From Eledone cirrhosa (lineage: Eukaryota), in the NCBI GenBank assembly GCA_964016885.1, contig OZ024740.1, forward strand, positions 257,672,001-257,736,000: a stretch of 64,000 bases of DNA, written 5' to 3'. Both the position numbers and the translations under genes were made by a program. Positions 26,140 to 38,570 of the stretch are shown in pieces. The notes beneath the pieces were generated by a model, which searched no databases, was not told the origin of the DNA, and saw nothing but the letters and a program-made list of their open reading frames with translations. Numbering within the stretch: the stretch's first letter is position 1; each line of letters begins with the position of its first letter.

Positions 26140-28620
26140 ATAAGTCAATTGCATGAACTCATAATCCTTTATTTACTGCTATATATATTTCGACGATAGC
26201 CATTGAATGGCTATGACCTCATCAGGCAGTTAGTCAGTTCTTAGATATGCCAGCTCGGTGTTTATGGTGTTGATGGTATCAGAGCCTTGGGACATATGAG
26301 CTTATTAGGAATAATTTAATGTTGTCAGCAGGAATAGTCTTAATTCTCATTGGTCAGTTTGTAGATGTTAGTAGGGTTGGTATTTGACCTCAAAGAGGCA
26401 GGTGGTGTTGTAAAGTTCAAACCGTCAGGCAAGATGACAATAGTTCCATATGACTGATTTTCACAAAAAGCATTCCTGGTCAGATATATATTCAATTGAG
26501 GTTTATAGTATGAAATTCGATACTAGAGATCATTCTTAAATTAAGGAATGTATGTGGAGTGGTACTACTGAAAATTATGGTTAGAGTAGAATACTAAAAA
26601 ATTTACATATAAAAAGACTTATGTTGATTGACTTGCACATTCACTCACACCCACCCCCACAGACACACACAACCATCCACACATACAAATTGAGGAATTA
26701 ATGTGGGGTGGTAATACTGAAAATTATGGTTAGAGTCAGATACTTAGAAACTTTAGAAATTTTAGAAATAAAAAGACGTTGGTTGACTTGTACATACACT
26801 CACACCTACCGCCCCAGACACACACACACACATCTACACACACAACTCCATACAGGTGTGTATATATATATATGTACGCACAAGTGCATATATATATATA
26901 TACAACAGAGGCCCCCAAATCCAAGTATAGGGTAGACATAAAACTAGGTGGGTGTTATTTTTAAAGAAAAGTAAAGTGGGTGTTTGGAAAAGTAATTGTT
27001 TAGACTAGACAAAAGAAGAGTGTGATATATATCTTCACAGCAATAGCTTGGGGGCTTTGGAGCTTAGGCGAATCCCTTAGTACAGACATATATACCTATC
27101 CACACTTGTATACCTCTGGATGCGCGCGTATGTCTATATACACATGTACACTCATACAAGAGAGCATATACGAATATATACTTAAGCATACACTCGAACA
27201 TTTTCAAATGCAACCTGGGGTATTAGTATTTCGTTGCGTTAACATGAGTGTGTTCATTCACGTAATACACACACAATGCACGGTTGCGGGCACTCATTCA
27301 TGTGTATAGGGTTAGTACCTTGGGATTATTGTTCTTCCTGTGTGGGCCACTCTCGGGGGGGGGGGTCCTCAGGTTCAATAAATGTGGTTTTGTTGACTCC
27401 TAACCAGTAGAGGATCCGGTGGACAATCCACCTCAGGGACCACAAACTATGGGTGGTTGTTGTGGCCATTGGTCATTGGTACGGGGTGTAGGGGACATAC
27501 AGGGGGGGGGGGGGGGGGGTTGTGGGAGGCCTTAACCGGGGTTTATCCATAAAGCTTGAGGAAAGTTCCTGTCCTTAGGCATCTGCAGGCGCCGAATAAG
27601 TCGGCCCTTCTGTTTAATAGCTTGGTTCCGCCATGAAGTATCTCGAGTGTCTCACTAAGACAGAGGTTCCAAATACCAGACCCGCCTCTGTCTGAGGGAA
27701 CCTTTCTAACCACGGACCAGACCAGAAAGTGTGGGGTCTTTTCAAGTTTGAGCTTCCAGATCAATTCAGAAAGGGCCGTACATTTCCTCTTTTCTATTCT
27801 CTTAAAGGAATGGCGATGGTTATACCACCTACCTTTGAAGCTCATAACCGTGGATCCTATGTAGTGGTGCTCCGAGTTAGGGGTTGAGACATTGCACCTG
27901 TAGACTACGGTTTTCGTCATGCATTTATTACTAAGGGGGCATAGTGATGGGTCTCTGCAATTGCATGACTTCTTAAGCCCCAGCACATGTACCGCATGGT
28001 TACCATCACTCTGGGTTGGCTGGGTAACCGCCGCAATCAGCACAGGGTCGTTGAGTTCCGGTGTGCTAGTTGGGCCTGTCCGGGGTCTGGTGCGTCCCGC
28101 GTGCCGGTTCCGTTGGGTGGCTCCGGGGTTTACGGTGATATTAGAGGCAGTGAGCCTATTCCTATTTATGCCGGCTATGTGCTGGACTACGGAGCGTGTG
28201 GTTGAGTAGGAAAGCTTCACCGTGTGCCTGTTGAATATATTATGGTACTTGTGGGCTCCTGGGAAACATTTATCCAGTACTCTAAAGAATGTTCTAGCCA
28301 GGCTGGTACGTAGACCCACCGAGTACGGGGGGTTTAACCATGTGACCTTCCTGGTCCTATACTTGCGGGGTTGTTGGGTGTCCGCCGTGGTCCACCGCGG
28401 GGTTGTGCACTGCTCAGGTCGAGCTCGGTTGGTGTCACTCAGGTGTGCGGAGCGGTCACTATCATGTGGGTTATATGGGCCCACCGTGGGGATATAAACC
28501 TGCGCGGTGCGGCCTCCCTGCTCAATTAGGGTTCGGCGGGTGGTGAGACCGGTGCTGGGGTGCCTATGCTCCGCCCCGCAGTGGTCTTCAGCGTTGTAGG
28601 TATTAGACCGGTGGGGTATA
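26140..28620 (-). mobile_element. 5'-truncated (RT-less) Naiad-type PLE
   Basis: GIY-YIG ORF, then a ~1.3-kb 3' region ending in a sense-strand HHR. Confidence 0.8.
26175..26232 (-). ncRNA. Type I HHR at the 3' end of a Naiad-type PLE
   Basis: ACTGC-CTGATGA-GGTCATAGCCAT-TCA-ATGGCTATCGTC-GAAA-TATATA-TA-GCAGT. Confidence 0.85.
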
Positions 28621-28721
28621 TATAAATAGATATATCTGAAAAAATTCAGGACCCACTCTACTACTCCAAGTATCAAGTAGTCTGCTGTGTTATGGTCCAC
28701 CTGGTATCTTACCACATACAC
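27543..28721 (-). CDS. PLE GIY-YIG endonuclease ORF (linker + WxNPP + CNCR/CPL knuckle + EN), no RT
   Basis: VTWLNPPYS, KYHNIFNRHTVKLSYS, SCNCRDPSLCPLSNKC, VVYRC..HYIGST..FKGRWYNHRHSF, NLCLSE, LLNRR. The first ~35 codons come from an unrelated repeat. Confidence 0.8.
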   Translation of the reverse strand: MYVVRYQVDHNTADYLILGVVEWVLNFFRYIYLYIPHRSNTYNAEDHCGAEHRHPSTGLTTRRTLIEQGGRTAQVYIPTVGPYNPHDSDRSAHLSDTNRARPEQCTTPRWTTADTQQPRKYRTRKVTWLNPPYSVGLRTSLARTFFRVLDKCFPGAHKYHNIFNRHTVKLSYSTTRSVVQHIAGINRNRLTASNITVNPGATQRNRHAGRTRPRTGPTSTPELNDPVLIAAVTQPTQSDGNHAVHVLGLKKSCNCRDPSLCPLSNKCMTKTVVYRCNVSTPNSEHHYIGSTVMSFKGRWYNHRHSFKRIEKRKCTALSELIWKLKLEKTPHFLVWSVVRKVPSDRGGSGIWNLCLSETLEILHGGTKLLNRRADLFGACRCLRTGTFLKLYG

Positions 28722-28769
28722 ACCAACTCACACATATATAGATATATATGTGTGTGTGTGTCATTATGG

Positions 28770-28920
28770 AACATAACGCATAGAGTTACGACCCTTTCCA
28801 TTCTGAGTTCAAATCCCGCCGAGGTCAACTTTGCCTTTCATCCATATGGGGTCGATAAAATAAAGAACCAGTAATGTACTGGGTAATTGCTGGCCTTGTG
28901 CGAAAAGTAGAAACAATTAT
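28770..28920 (+). mobile_element. tRNA-derived SINE (main family), 5'-truncated
   Basis: GAGTTCAAATCCCGCCGAGG...GTAGAAACAATTAT. Confidence 0.85.
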
Positions 28921-29284
28921 GGAACATATTGTATATATAAAAAAAGACATAGCTGGTGAGGTGCACAGGAAACAGATAGAAAATAGGAGACAAAAATGTC
29001 AGAAAGTTCTAATTGCAGTTTTTTTTTAATCGGAGGTTGTAACTTAGTTATTGAATAGAGTTTCACACACGACGAACGAGCAATTCAGAGGAAAAAAGCA
29101 AACAGTAGAATGCAACGGAGAAATTTGTTTCTATGTGTATATATAAGTGTATCTATACAAAAACACATACAGACACACAGAGGCAAGTGCACACATGTAC
29201 ACATACGCAGACACAGATATACAGAGGTACTCACAGATTCATATATATTTAATATATAAATATGTGTGTATGTGTATATATATC

Positions 29285-30290
29285 TAGGGCGGGTAAAATT
29301 CCCGAGATCCATGGAAGAGTTCTCTCCAGCGGTCTATGTCCCTCAATATCGCTGCCATGTCCTGCGTCTCCAACAGACCAGTGTCTGTCCTTAGGGCATC
29401 AGCATACGTTAAGCTTGGTCTTCCTCTTCCAGTTTGTCCATGTAGGGGCTCCCACAAGAGCACTGAGTGCAATGTCAACTCTGGATGTTGGTGAGCATGT
29501 CCAGCTAACCTCAATCTCTTCTGTGTCACAGTTGAGCTGACTTTTGGGAGGCTCCCATACAACTCTGAGTTTTTCATTCGCGTGTGAGTTTCACCATCTG
29601 AGTGAGTTTCTTGGTCGGTGTCCAAGTTTCAGACCCGTACAGCAGAACAGACCCCACTACAGCAATGAAGAGGTGGGTTCTCAGGTCTTTACGAAGGTCC
29701 GACGTCCACACCGATCTCAAGCTGTGGCACGCCCCCAGGCTTTGCTCTTCCTCTCAACCACATGATCTTCCGTATTCCCAATCTTTGCTCCCAAATACAG
29801 GAAGTCCTCAACCAACCCTAGCGGCTCCCGCCTACATTAGTGATCCCCTCTGGTTTCTCAACATTCTCTACCAGATATTTTGTTTTAGTCTCATTCATTA
29901 TCAGCCCCACACTCATCGACATAGTCTCAACTTCCTGCATCAAATCCTCTGCCTCCTTCACTGTATTTGTCACCAAAATTATGTCGTCGGCAAATTCAGC
30001 ATCTGATATCTTTTTAGCCTTAACTCTCCTGCTCTGAGCCGGTGCTACAGTAAAGCCAGAGTCCTGCTGTTTCTCCAGTGCGAGGCCTTTGATTCTGTGG
30101 ACCGTCACTGCCTGATGAAGACGTTACATGCTTATGGAGTCCCCAAGAAGATAGTGGACCTGATATAACTGCTCTACACCAACACCAAAGCCCAAGTCAT
30201 TACACCTGATGGGATGGATGACAGAGTTCTTTGGGATTCTGGCTGGAGTGCTCCAGGGAGATACATTGGCTCCCTACCTTTTTATCATCG
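29285..30290 (-). mobile_element. RTE-clade LINE 3' part with inverted 5' segment
   Basis: Minus 29285-30108: ISDAEFADDI ... RLRLAGHAHQH..LLWEP.HG. Plus 30110-30290: YGVP..GVLQGDTLAPYLFIIV. Confidence 0.85.
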
Positions 30291-31013
30291 TACATATATA
30301 TATATATATATATTCATGTATACATGTGTATGTATATGCACGGGGACGACATAGAAATAATCGCGCTGGATACCCGACTGCGCTGTTAAACTACTGGGAG
30401 TGAAGTACCCCCAGCCCTTTTCAGGGTATTCTTCTAGGAGAAGGCAACTCAGGGAACTGAGATAACCCCAACATAAAACCTGCGGCTCAGTAGTTACCAA
30501 TGATGTTGATATTTTCTTCTTTTCGGGTACTAGCAACTGTCGCTTAGAGAGTGAGATTGGCTCAGTACACAATCTTCCGTCACTTTAAAAAAGTCTTTAC
30601 GCACAGGCATTGCATAATAGCATTAATTGATAATTATTAATAATGTTATATCGTGCAATGGCCATACTCGTTAATGAGAGGGCATCCATCATATATATAT
30701 ATATATATATATAAAGAAAAGAAATCGAAAAGTGCAACTGGAGTCTTTTTAAGAATGTTTAAGGGTCCAGTTGCATTTCCGATTTCTTTTCCTTATACTT
30801 TCACTCGTGTAGGACATCGCTTTTTTTTTCTTAAAAAAAAAAATATCATTTTCTTATATATATAGTAATTAAAATTTAGCTTCGACATAGCTAAATATAT
30901 ACATGTATGGGAATTTTGTAAATCTAAATATATGCAGTATGTTTAATAAATAAACATTTTGAAAGCCCAGCTATGAATAGAAGGCTAACGGACAGCGCCG
31001 TCAGCGGAGGTTA

Positions 31014-31057
31014 ATTGTCAGTGCATTTCGAAATTAATGGGTCTCATCAGAACAATG
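31014..31057 (-). ncRNA. Degenerate type I HHR
   Basis: ATTGTT-CTGATGAG-ACCCATTAATTTC-GAAA-TGCA-CT-GACAAT. Stem I is intact; stem II and U16.1 are degraded. Confidence 0.45.
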
Positions 31058-31807
31058 TTACCTCTTGTTTACTGATAGAATTTTGAGACAGTCAAAAATA
31101 TATAATTCTTTCGCCTGTATAGGTGTGCTGATTAGCCTCATTTGCATACGAAGCTGTATAATTTGGCTCAACTTAAAATAGAATTAAAATTTATCTCCGA
31201 CATAACTGTATATATATACATGTACGGGAATTTAGCATATCTAAAGATATACGAAATTCACACGGACACACACACATATATATAAATATATCGAACCAGC
31301 AAATTGAAATTGTGCTAGACCACTGAATTTTCCATTCCCTCCATGATTTTACAAAACCTGTATTTCCCAGGTACAAGTCTGTATATCAGAGTGAGCTCAA
31401 TATGTACAAAGACTGTGTTGTGTGGGAACGCGCTCGAATTACGTCCCAGACCATGGTTTCTTCGCTCCACCCTGTGCCTCGATATACATGTGCTGCATTC
31501 AATGCGCAGAAGCTACGCATTAACCCGAAAAGCATCCAGAAAAAGCATTCACAGCCAGGACTGTTGGAGTAAGTTATCAACGGTTTAGTCCTATACTACT
31601 CTATCGTATAGGTCTGATAGTGGCAAGATAGCAAGCAGTACAAGACAGCTAAAGGCCTCAGGTGACATCCAAAAGAGGAAAGTTCACAGATTTAGACTAT
31701 GGAACGAATCACACATTTTGGCAGGTAAATTTCAAACAATTTGAATATTCCGCCAGCAGATCTCAATTAAGTATGTAAAAAGACAGTCAGAAGTATATAT
31801 ATATATG

Positions 31808-31880
<73 letters not shown>

Positions 31881-31970
31881 TATATATATATATACATTAT
31901 ATATATATATATATGAAAAGGGAGTAAGTTTCTATACAAAACCGGGGTTATAGAGAAAAACTGGAATTGG

Positions 31971-32035
<65 letters not shown>

Positions 32036-32343
32036 AATGAAAAATGGCGAACTGTGTTGTTGCAAATATAATATATATAAAAAATGAAGGATTAGAAATA
32101 GAAGCCAGGACTATCCGTCATCAGTGGTCTACTAGCCATCATAGTCCTAGCTTCTTTTTCTAATCCTTCATTTATTATATATATATATATGAATGAAAAA
32201 TGGCGTGCTGTGTTGTTGCGAATGTGAACATATAAATGAAAATAGACCGAGAAACATGAATGTCCATCATCATTAGTCTGCTGATTATCATTGGTATTTT
32301 TTCGCATTAAAGACTAGATACATAATATCAGTGCAAGCGATAA

Positions 32344-32498
32344 CTAAATAAAGTTATCGGGACAGAGGCAATTGGCAGAGGGAAGTGAACAAACAACATG
32401 GTAGTAACGCAACGTAGAGAGAGGAAAAGAGGGACAAGTCAATGAATCTTGTGGACTTAAGTCCGAACGAATCAAATGACGAGAAGAGGCAGACACGT
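32344..32498 (-). CDS. Weak candidate alternative terminal exon
   Basis: Pyrimidine tract ending gctcag. Phase-1 frame of 50 aa, VSASSRHLIRSDLSPQDSLTCPSF...CLCPDNFI*. Confidence 0.2.
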
Positions 32499-32737
32499 CT
32501 GAGCCACGCGAAAAGTGAGAGAGAAAATAATTTCACACATGTCAGACGGGAGGAAGTGAGAGAGGGGGAGTAGCAGAGAGTGAATGAGTGAAATTGTGAC
32601 CAGCAGCGGGGTGAACGAAAGCAAGAAGTAAAGGAGAGAGAAGGGGTGAGAGAAAGAAGATAGCAGTAAGGTGACAGAAAAAAATACCAACCACAGCGAG
32701 GGGATACACACACACATATATATATATAATACGATAT

Positions 32738-32880
32738 ATTAACAAATGGAAACTATATTTATAAAACCATATTTATTTCATTATACATATTTCAAGGACA
32801 CTAAGTTAAATTATGGTGTGCTTTCATCAGATAAAATATAATATAGATCAGTTTTATAAATAAATATTAACATACCCTTA
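32738..32880 (-). mobile_element. Diverged pseudo-LTR of the 20480/52750 family with HHR
   Basis: AATGGAAACTATATTTATAAAACCATATTTATTTC...TTTCATCAGATAAAATA. Confidence 0.7.
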
Positions 32881-32935
32881 AAAAATGCGACCATTTCTGT
32901 TGAAAGCTCATATATGTGTGTGTGTGCGTGTGTGC

Positions 32936-32994
<59 letters not shown>

Positions 32995-33034
32995 GAGAGT
33001 AAAACAAAGAATCCTTTAATACATCAAAAGTTTT

Positions 33035-33081
33035 TATTAGCCGACAATGTTTCGTCCTATTAAGGACTCATCAGGGCAATC
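33035..33081 (-). ncRNA. Canonical minimal type I HHR (sense to ORF)
   Basis: Reverse complement of GCC-CTGATGA-GTCCT-TAAT-AGGAC-GAAAC-ATT-GTC-GGC. Confidence 0.9.
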
Positions 33082-34981
33082 AAAACAACAAGAGGTAATA
33101 TCGGCAGATACAAGCCAGAAACTCTGAAGAATATGGAGTGTACATACACTAATGTCTTGCAAAGATATACGATAATAAAAATGAAAATAAAGATAAAAAT
33201 AATAAAATTATAATAACTAAGGATGTAGATAACATTAAGAACCATATTACAAACATAGTCCAAAGCCACCAACCTAAATCTAAACAAATTTGGTTATATA
33301 GAGCAGGAATTATATATAACACAATATAATACATTATAATAATAATATATTTATACCAACATTAAAATTCCAAATTAAAAATCAAAAGGTACAATATATA
33401 CATGTATATATGTGCGCACACACATACACACACACACACATATAACAATACACATATCTATGTTCTATTACACAGAAATTAAGCCCTATTAGAAGTTTGA
33501 ATATTAAAAATAAGCATGGTAATAGTGAAAATAATACTAATACATCTACCCTATGCATGAGGCAATAATATGATATAATTACAAGAAACACTTATAACAA
33601 ATAATAAACAACAAAATTATATAATTCAATACAATATAATAAAGTAGAATAGATAATCCCCGGTTAATTTACAGAAACAATATAGATGTCACAAAGAAAT
33701 ACAATGATAAAATGTTAACATTATGTTAACAAGTACCATAAACAATATATACAAAATGATTCATACTGGGTTACATAATAAATGAGGAAATATAAATCAT
33801 ATAATACTAAAAAAAACTATAATGGTACAGGGAAAAATTATGATGTTACAGAAAAAATATGATGTTACAGAAAAAAATATACAGACATCTAACATGATAT
33901 GTAAAGTCTAAATATCATAATGTTACATATTACAATATTAAAATATTAAAACAATCCAAACATCTTACATGATATATAAAGTTTAAATATCATAATGTTA
34001 TATATAATGAACGGTAAGTAATAAGGATCTATATCATAATGTAATATATTTTAAAATTGTCATAAAATATACAAATACTTATAATTACAAGGTTAGTATA
34101 CAGACATGTGTGGATGAGTGAGCGAAGCCAGACAGTGAATAGTAAATAGAATATAGAATAAAACAAATAAATACAATCAACCGGAAATTACAAAACAAAA
34201 GCAAATGTATACACATTTAGGCCTCGCGTGCATTAAGAAATTAGGTAAACACCAAGGAAAGCGATCATTTTAAATGACTCCAAACCCTATCTGATAAATT
34301 AATATTAAAAATATCGAACCCGTCCAATAAGGTAGTATAATATTAGCTGTAGTTTAAGTCATTAAAGTATATAAACTTTAATGTATCATTACAAATGTTT
34401 ACAAAAAGGAATAAAATTACAAAATTACGCAACGATATCTAAAAAACTGACTTAAGTAGAGTTAAGGTAGGCTAATGGGGACAGAATTGACAAAATATAT
34501 GGAGGGTGCGAAGTGGCATAAAATATATTCAATATACTATAATAAATAATAGAACGGAGCATAAAAGAGGGGGGGGTTTAAATATAATCATATTCAATCT
34601 GGAGGGGTTGACAATAAGTTTATGTGTGCATGGGTGGGTGGGGGAAGGGGGGAGAAGGGGGGGGGGGGGGGTCGATAGATAAATCATAATAGACTTAGAA
34701 ATAAAAATAGAATTAAAAATAAAAATTAAAAATAATATTAAAATTTAAAATTAAAGTTAATAATAATAAAAAAATATAAAGATAATAATAGAATAACGTA
34801 AGTGGCGTAAAGTGTGTAATCTTATGTATACTAACAAGGTGTAATAGTGAAGACATAGATATGGTACAGTGGCCAAATGATTATGAGAGCTAGAATGAAG
34901 AGTCATCAAAAACCAATGATAACATTAATGTTGGCAAAAAAAAGAACCCAAACAAAAAAACTAAGTAATGGAATATATCTA

Positions 34982-36298
34982 CTAATGGGTACAATTTGTA
35001 CTACTAGAACATTTGGGTTTATAATAAAAGTAAGAATTAGAAATGGCATGGGGGCAAGAAGAGAATATCTCAGACTTTCTATTCAGTAAGGGTACGCTAG
35101 AGAAAATAATAGAGTGTGTCTCAAGTATACAGAGATTACAAAACTTACTATGTGCAGAAAGGTGGTTAGATCGTGCTACTAAACTCCAGTTAAGGCTATA
35201 TGGTATATAAGCTCCCTTAAGATCCCAGATATAATGCGCTAGAGAGGTAGAATTCTTAAACCTAACATGTTTGAAGTTAGAGATATGAGAGTTAAACCTA
35301 GTCTTAAAAGTGTTTGAAGTAGATCCTATATACGTTCTTTTAGAGGAATTAGTTATAACCTCGCAAGCATAGACAATGTTCTTAGAAAGGCAGTTACCGT
35401 TTAGAGGGCAGTTAGCACTCACTCTACAATTGCACTTCCGGGTGTTATTGGTTGGTTCGAGTGGTGATGTATTGCACATAGGACCTCTATTAGATAAGGA
35501 CTGTTCTGGTGGTAAAGCATTGTCCGATGCATTCAGACTAGTAGTATGTAGAGAGGAGAATCCATCCCTAATTTTCCTATTATTAGTGCTAGCTAAATGA
35601 GAACTAATATTAGGGGTGGTAGAGAATGAGAGTTTAATAACATTTTTATTAAAAATACCATGGTATTTGTGAGAAGGGGGGACATTTTTCTCCAAGATAG
35701 TGAAGAAAGACCTAGGGATATTAGTTGATACATCCTGATTATATGGCGGGTTGAAATAAGTATTCAATCGCCTTCTATTTTTATTTTTATTCTTATCGAC
35801 CCTACCTCTATCAAATGTCCCACCGTCGAGACTAGGGTTACTAGCAGGATTATTTGAAGCCACATTCATAGAATCAGCCATAATTTCGTTATGCCTATTA
35901 TAGTTTCTACCTCTGGTAGAACCGCTGTTGTCCAGAATCCCTACAAGAGGATTAAGGCCAATGATAGGATCAGTAGGAGCAACATTACTAGAATAAGATC
36001 CAGCCAAACCAACACCAATGCGTGAGCGCACAGGGGGCTCGACTTGTCTCTTAGAGGTATTATATTTGTTATTACGAGTCCGGTGGGATAACTTATGGGT
36101 GGGTTCAGATACTCCTATATAAGTTCTACGGTTACTATGTTTGCTACTCCCATTCATTGCCATGTTATGTGATATAATGTTATTATTAAGAGTAAGCGGA
36201 GACTTTCTAAAGTTACTATTATTATAATTTATTTTACTAGAGTGTAAATTGTGTATTGTTATGTGTGTGTGTGTGTGTGTGCGCGCACATATATACAT
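34982..36298 (-). CDS. PLE GIY-YIG endonuclease ORF, uninterrupted, no RT
   Basis: TYFNPPYN, KYHGIFNKNVIKLSFST, KCNCRVSANCPLNGNCL, IVYACEV..TYIGSTSNTFKTRFNSH, CNLCILE, LLNRKSEIFSSCPH. The start is more plausibly an internal Met at HNMAM. Confidence 0.85.
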   Translation of the reverse strand: MYICARTHTHTHITIHNLHSSKINYNNSNFRKSPLTLNNNIISHNMAMNGSSKHSNRRTYIGVSEPTHKLSHRTRNNKYNTSKRQVEPPVRSRIGVGLAGSYSSNVAPTDPIIGLNPLVGILDNSGSTRGRNYNRHNEIMADSMNVASNNPASNPSLDGGTFDRGRVDKNKNKNRRRLNTYFNPPYNQDVSTNIPRSFFTILEKNVPPSHKYHGIFNKNVIKLSFSTTPNISSHLASTNNRKIRDGFSSLHTTSLNASDNALPPEQSLSNRGPMCNTSPLEPTNNTRKCNCRVSANCPLNGNCLSKNIVYACEVITNSSKRTYIGSTSNTFKTRFNSHISNFKHVRFKNSTSLAHYIWDLKGAYIPYSLNWSLVARSNHLSAHSKFCNLCILETHSIIFSSVPLLNRKSEIFSSCPHAISNSYFYYKPKCSSSTNCTH

Positions 36299-36367
36299 GT
36301 ATATATTGTACCTTTTGATTTTTAATTTGGAATTTTAATGTTGGTATAAATATATTATTATTATAAT

Positions 36368-36541
36368 TGTTTCTACTTTAGGCACAAGGCCAGCAATTAC
36401 CCAGTGCATTACTGGTACTTTATTTTATCGACCCCGTAAGGATGAAAGGCAAAGTCAACCTCGACGGGATTTGAACTCAGATCGTAAAGGGACGTAACTA
36501 TGCTGGAAAGCATGGCGTCCGACCCTCTACCGATACTGCCA
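36368..36541 (-). mobile_element. tRNA-derived SINE with 9-bp TSD
   Basis: TATTATAAT at 36359-36367 and 36542-36550. The empty site is visible in the opposite pLTR arm. Confidence 0.9.
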
Positions 36542-36793
36542 TATTATAATGTATTATATTGTGTTATATATAATTCCTGCTCTATATAACCAAATTTGTT
36601 TAGATTTAGGTTGGTGGCTTTGGATTATATTTGTAATATGGTTCTTAATGTTATCTACATCCTTAGTTTTATTATTTTTATCTTTATTTTCATTTTTATT
36701 ATCGTATATCTTTGCAAGACATTAGTGTATGTACACTCCATATTCTTCAGAGTTTCTGGCTTGTATCTGCCGATATTACCTCTTGTTGTTTTG

Positions 36794-36838
36794 ATTGCCC
36801 TGATGAGTCCTTAATAGGACGAAACATTGTCGGCTAAT
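36794..36838 (+). ncRNA. Canonical minimal type I HHR (inverted pLTR copy)
   Basis: ATTGCC-CTGATGA-GTCCT-TAAT-AGGAC-GAAAC-ATT-GTC-GGCTAAT; GUC cleavage triplet. Confidence 0.9.
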
Positions 36839-37019
36839 AAAAACTTTTGATGTATTAAAGGATTCTTTGTTTTACTCTCTTAATTTTTTGGCTCTGTTTA
36901 ACTGCATTGAGCTATACCTTTTACTGTCATTTCTATAATACGAAGAGGGTGTTTGACTCAAACACGCTCCAGTATTCTAATCCTTATATATATATATATT
37001 ATATTTGTATACACGTGAA

Positions 37020-37262
37020 GGCGTGTGGATTTGTGGTTTACAGTATTCGGCTCACAAAGGTATGGTCGTGCGTTCTAATCCCCGCGGCTCGTTTATTTAA
37101 CGTTTCTCCACTCAGGTGAATCTCCCTGAGAATTAAGTTAAGGACACACTCGTCTCTGGGAATGCTGAGCCACTTGTTAGCCACAGGTTAGTTCCACGAG
37201 CAGGATGTTTCGTTGATCGAATCAACTGGAACACTCTTCGTCGTAACCGACGCTGCGCCATT
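37020..37262 (+). mobile_element. Probable diverged tRNA-derived SINE
   Basis: tRNA-like head GGCGTGTGGATTTGTGGTT...GTTCTAATCCC. Confidence 0.4.
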
Positions 37263-37356
37263 GAGGTGACCATATGTATACCCACACAAACACATATTTA
37301 TATATATATATATACACACACGTCACACACACACACCCACACACGCGCGCACGCAC

Positions 37357-37500
<144 letters not shown>

Positions 37501-37800
37501 ATACACACTAATAGATGCGAGCACACACACATAGAATGGTAGTTTTGCATGCAGATAGATATCTGATAGAGATCGAGATAGAGAAAGCTGGTCACAACGT
37601 TTAGTGTATTCTGCTTGGTTGAGCAGCAGGCTATCAAAAGTTTGATCTGATAATGAGTGGTGTACATATATATTTTGAGATTGATGTGTTTTAATGGACT
37701 CCTGAGTAGGGGGACAACTCCCCAGTTGACAGTGAAATAAAACCGAACCGAGAACATGTAATAATAATAATAACAATAACAATAATAATATATATACATA

Positions 37801-37860
<60 letters not shown>

Positions 37861-38536
37861 CACACACACTCACACATACGCACACATATATATATGTATA
37901 TATATATACGTAGGGGGGGGGGGGTAAGTAAATAATTAAACAAAGGCCAGATGGAATAAAGACGTTATATGATTTTATAAAGAACACCATATTTATGGAC
38001 TATTTTACGGTTTTATATTTCTGTATATAACAGAATATATATACACTCAACCATAACACATATACGTATAAAGATAGGGATCTATCTTCAGATAAATATA
38101 TAGATAGATTGACATATAGATAAGAATATGTGTGTGTGCGCATGTTTATTATATGTCCGTACGAAGCTGTGAGCAAAAGTATGTTAATAAAACCTCCACC
38201 GTGGTTCATCGCGTGGTTGAGACAGACGGTCTTGAACAATGGAGTAGGGTCGGTTTACCGAAACTAAGATCTTTTAGGTATCGCCTTGACGCCATCTCGA
38301 ATGGTGGTTCCAAAGCTCCGCCTGCCTACCGTTTCGAGGTTTTGATAGGCAATCGCGCTACCGTAACGACCCAGGGTCAAGGAAGACCCAACCGTATTTC
38401 ACCCGGCCGAGCGACTCCCTACTTAGCGTTTCTCAGGTATCCCCTATCAAGCATCGTCTCAGGTGGTCAGGTCATGTCACCTAATTGCCCTATTGAAACC
38501 TACGCGAAGCATCCTCTACAACGAATTCGTTAACGA

Positions 38537-38570
<34 letters not shown>

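Larger units (their letters stand above)
32990..36884 (-). mobile_element. RT-less Naiad-type PLE bounded by ~460-bp inverted HHR-bearing pseudo-LTRs
   Basis: 32990-33453 is the reverse complement of 36251-36884 (minus a SINE insertion). It encloses the GIY-YIG ORF and a long AT-rich 3' region. Confidence 0.9.

Noticed and set aside
30110-30125. CTGATGAAG motif
   Set aside because: Lies in RTE coding sequence (LMK) with no paired GAAA half.
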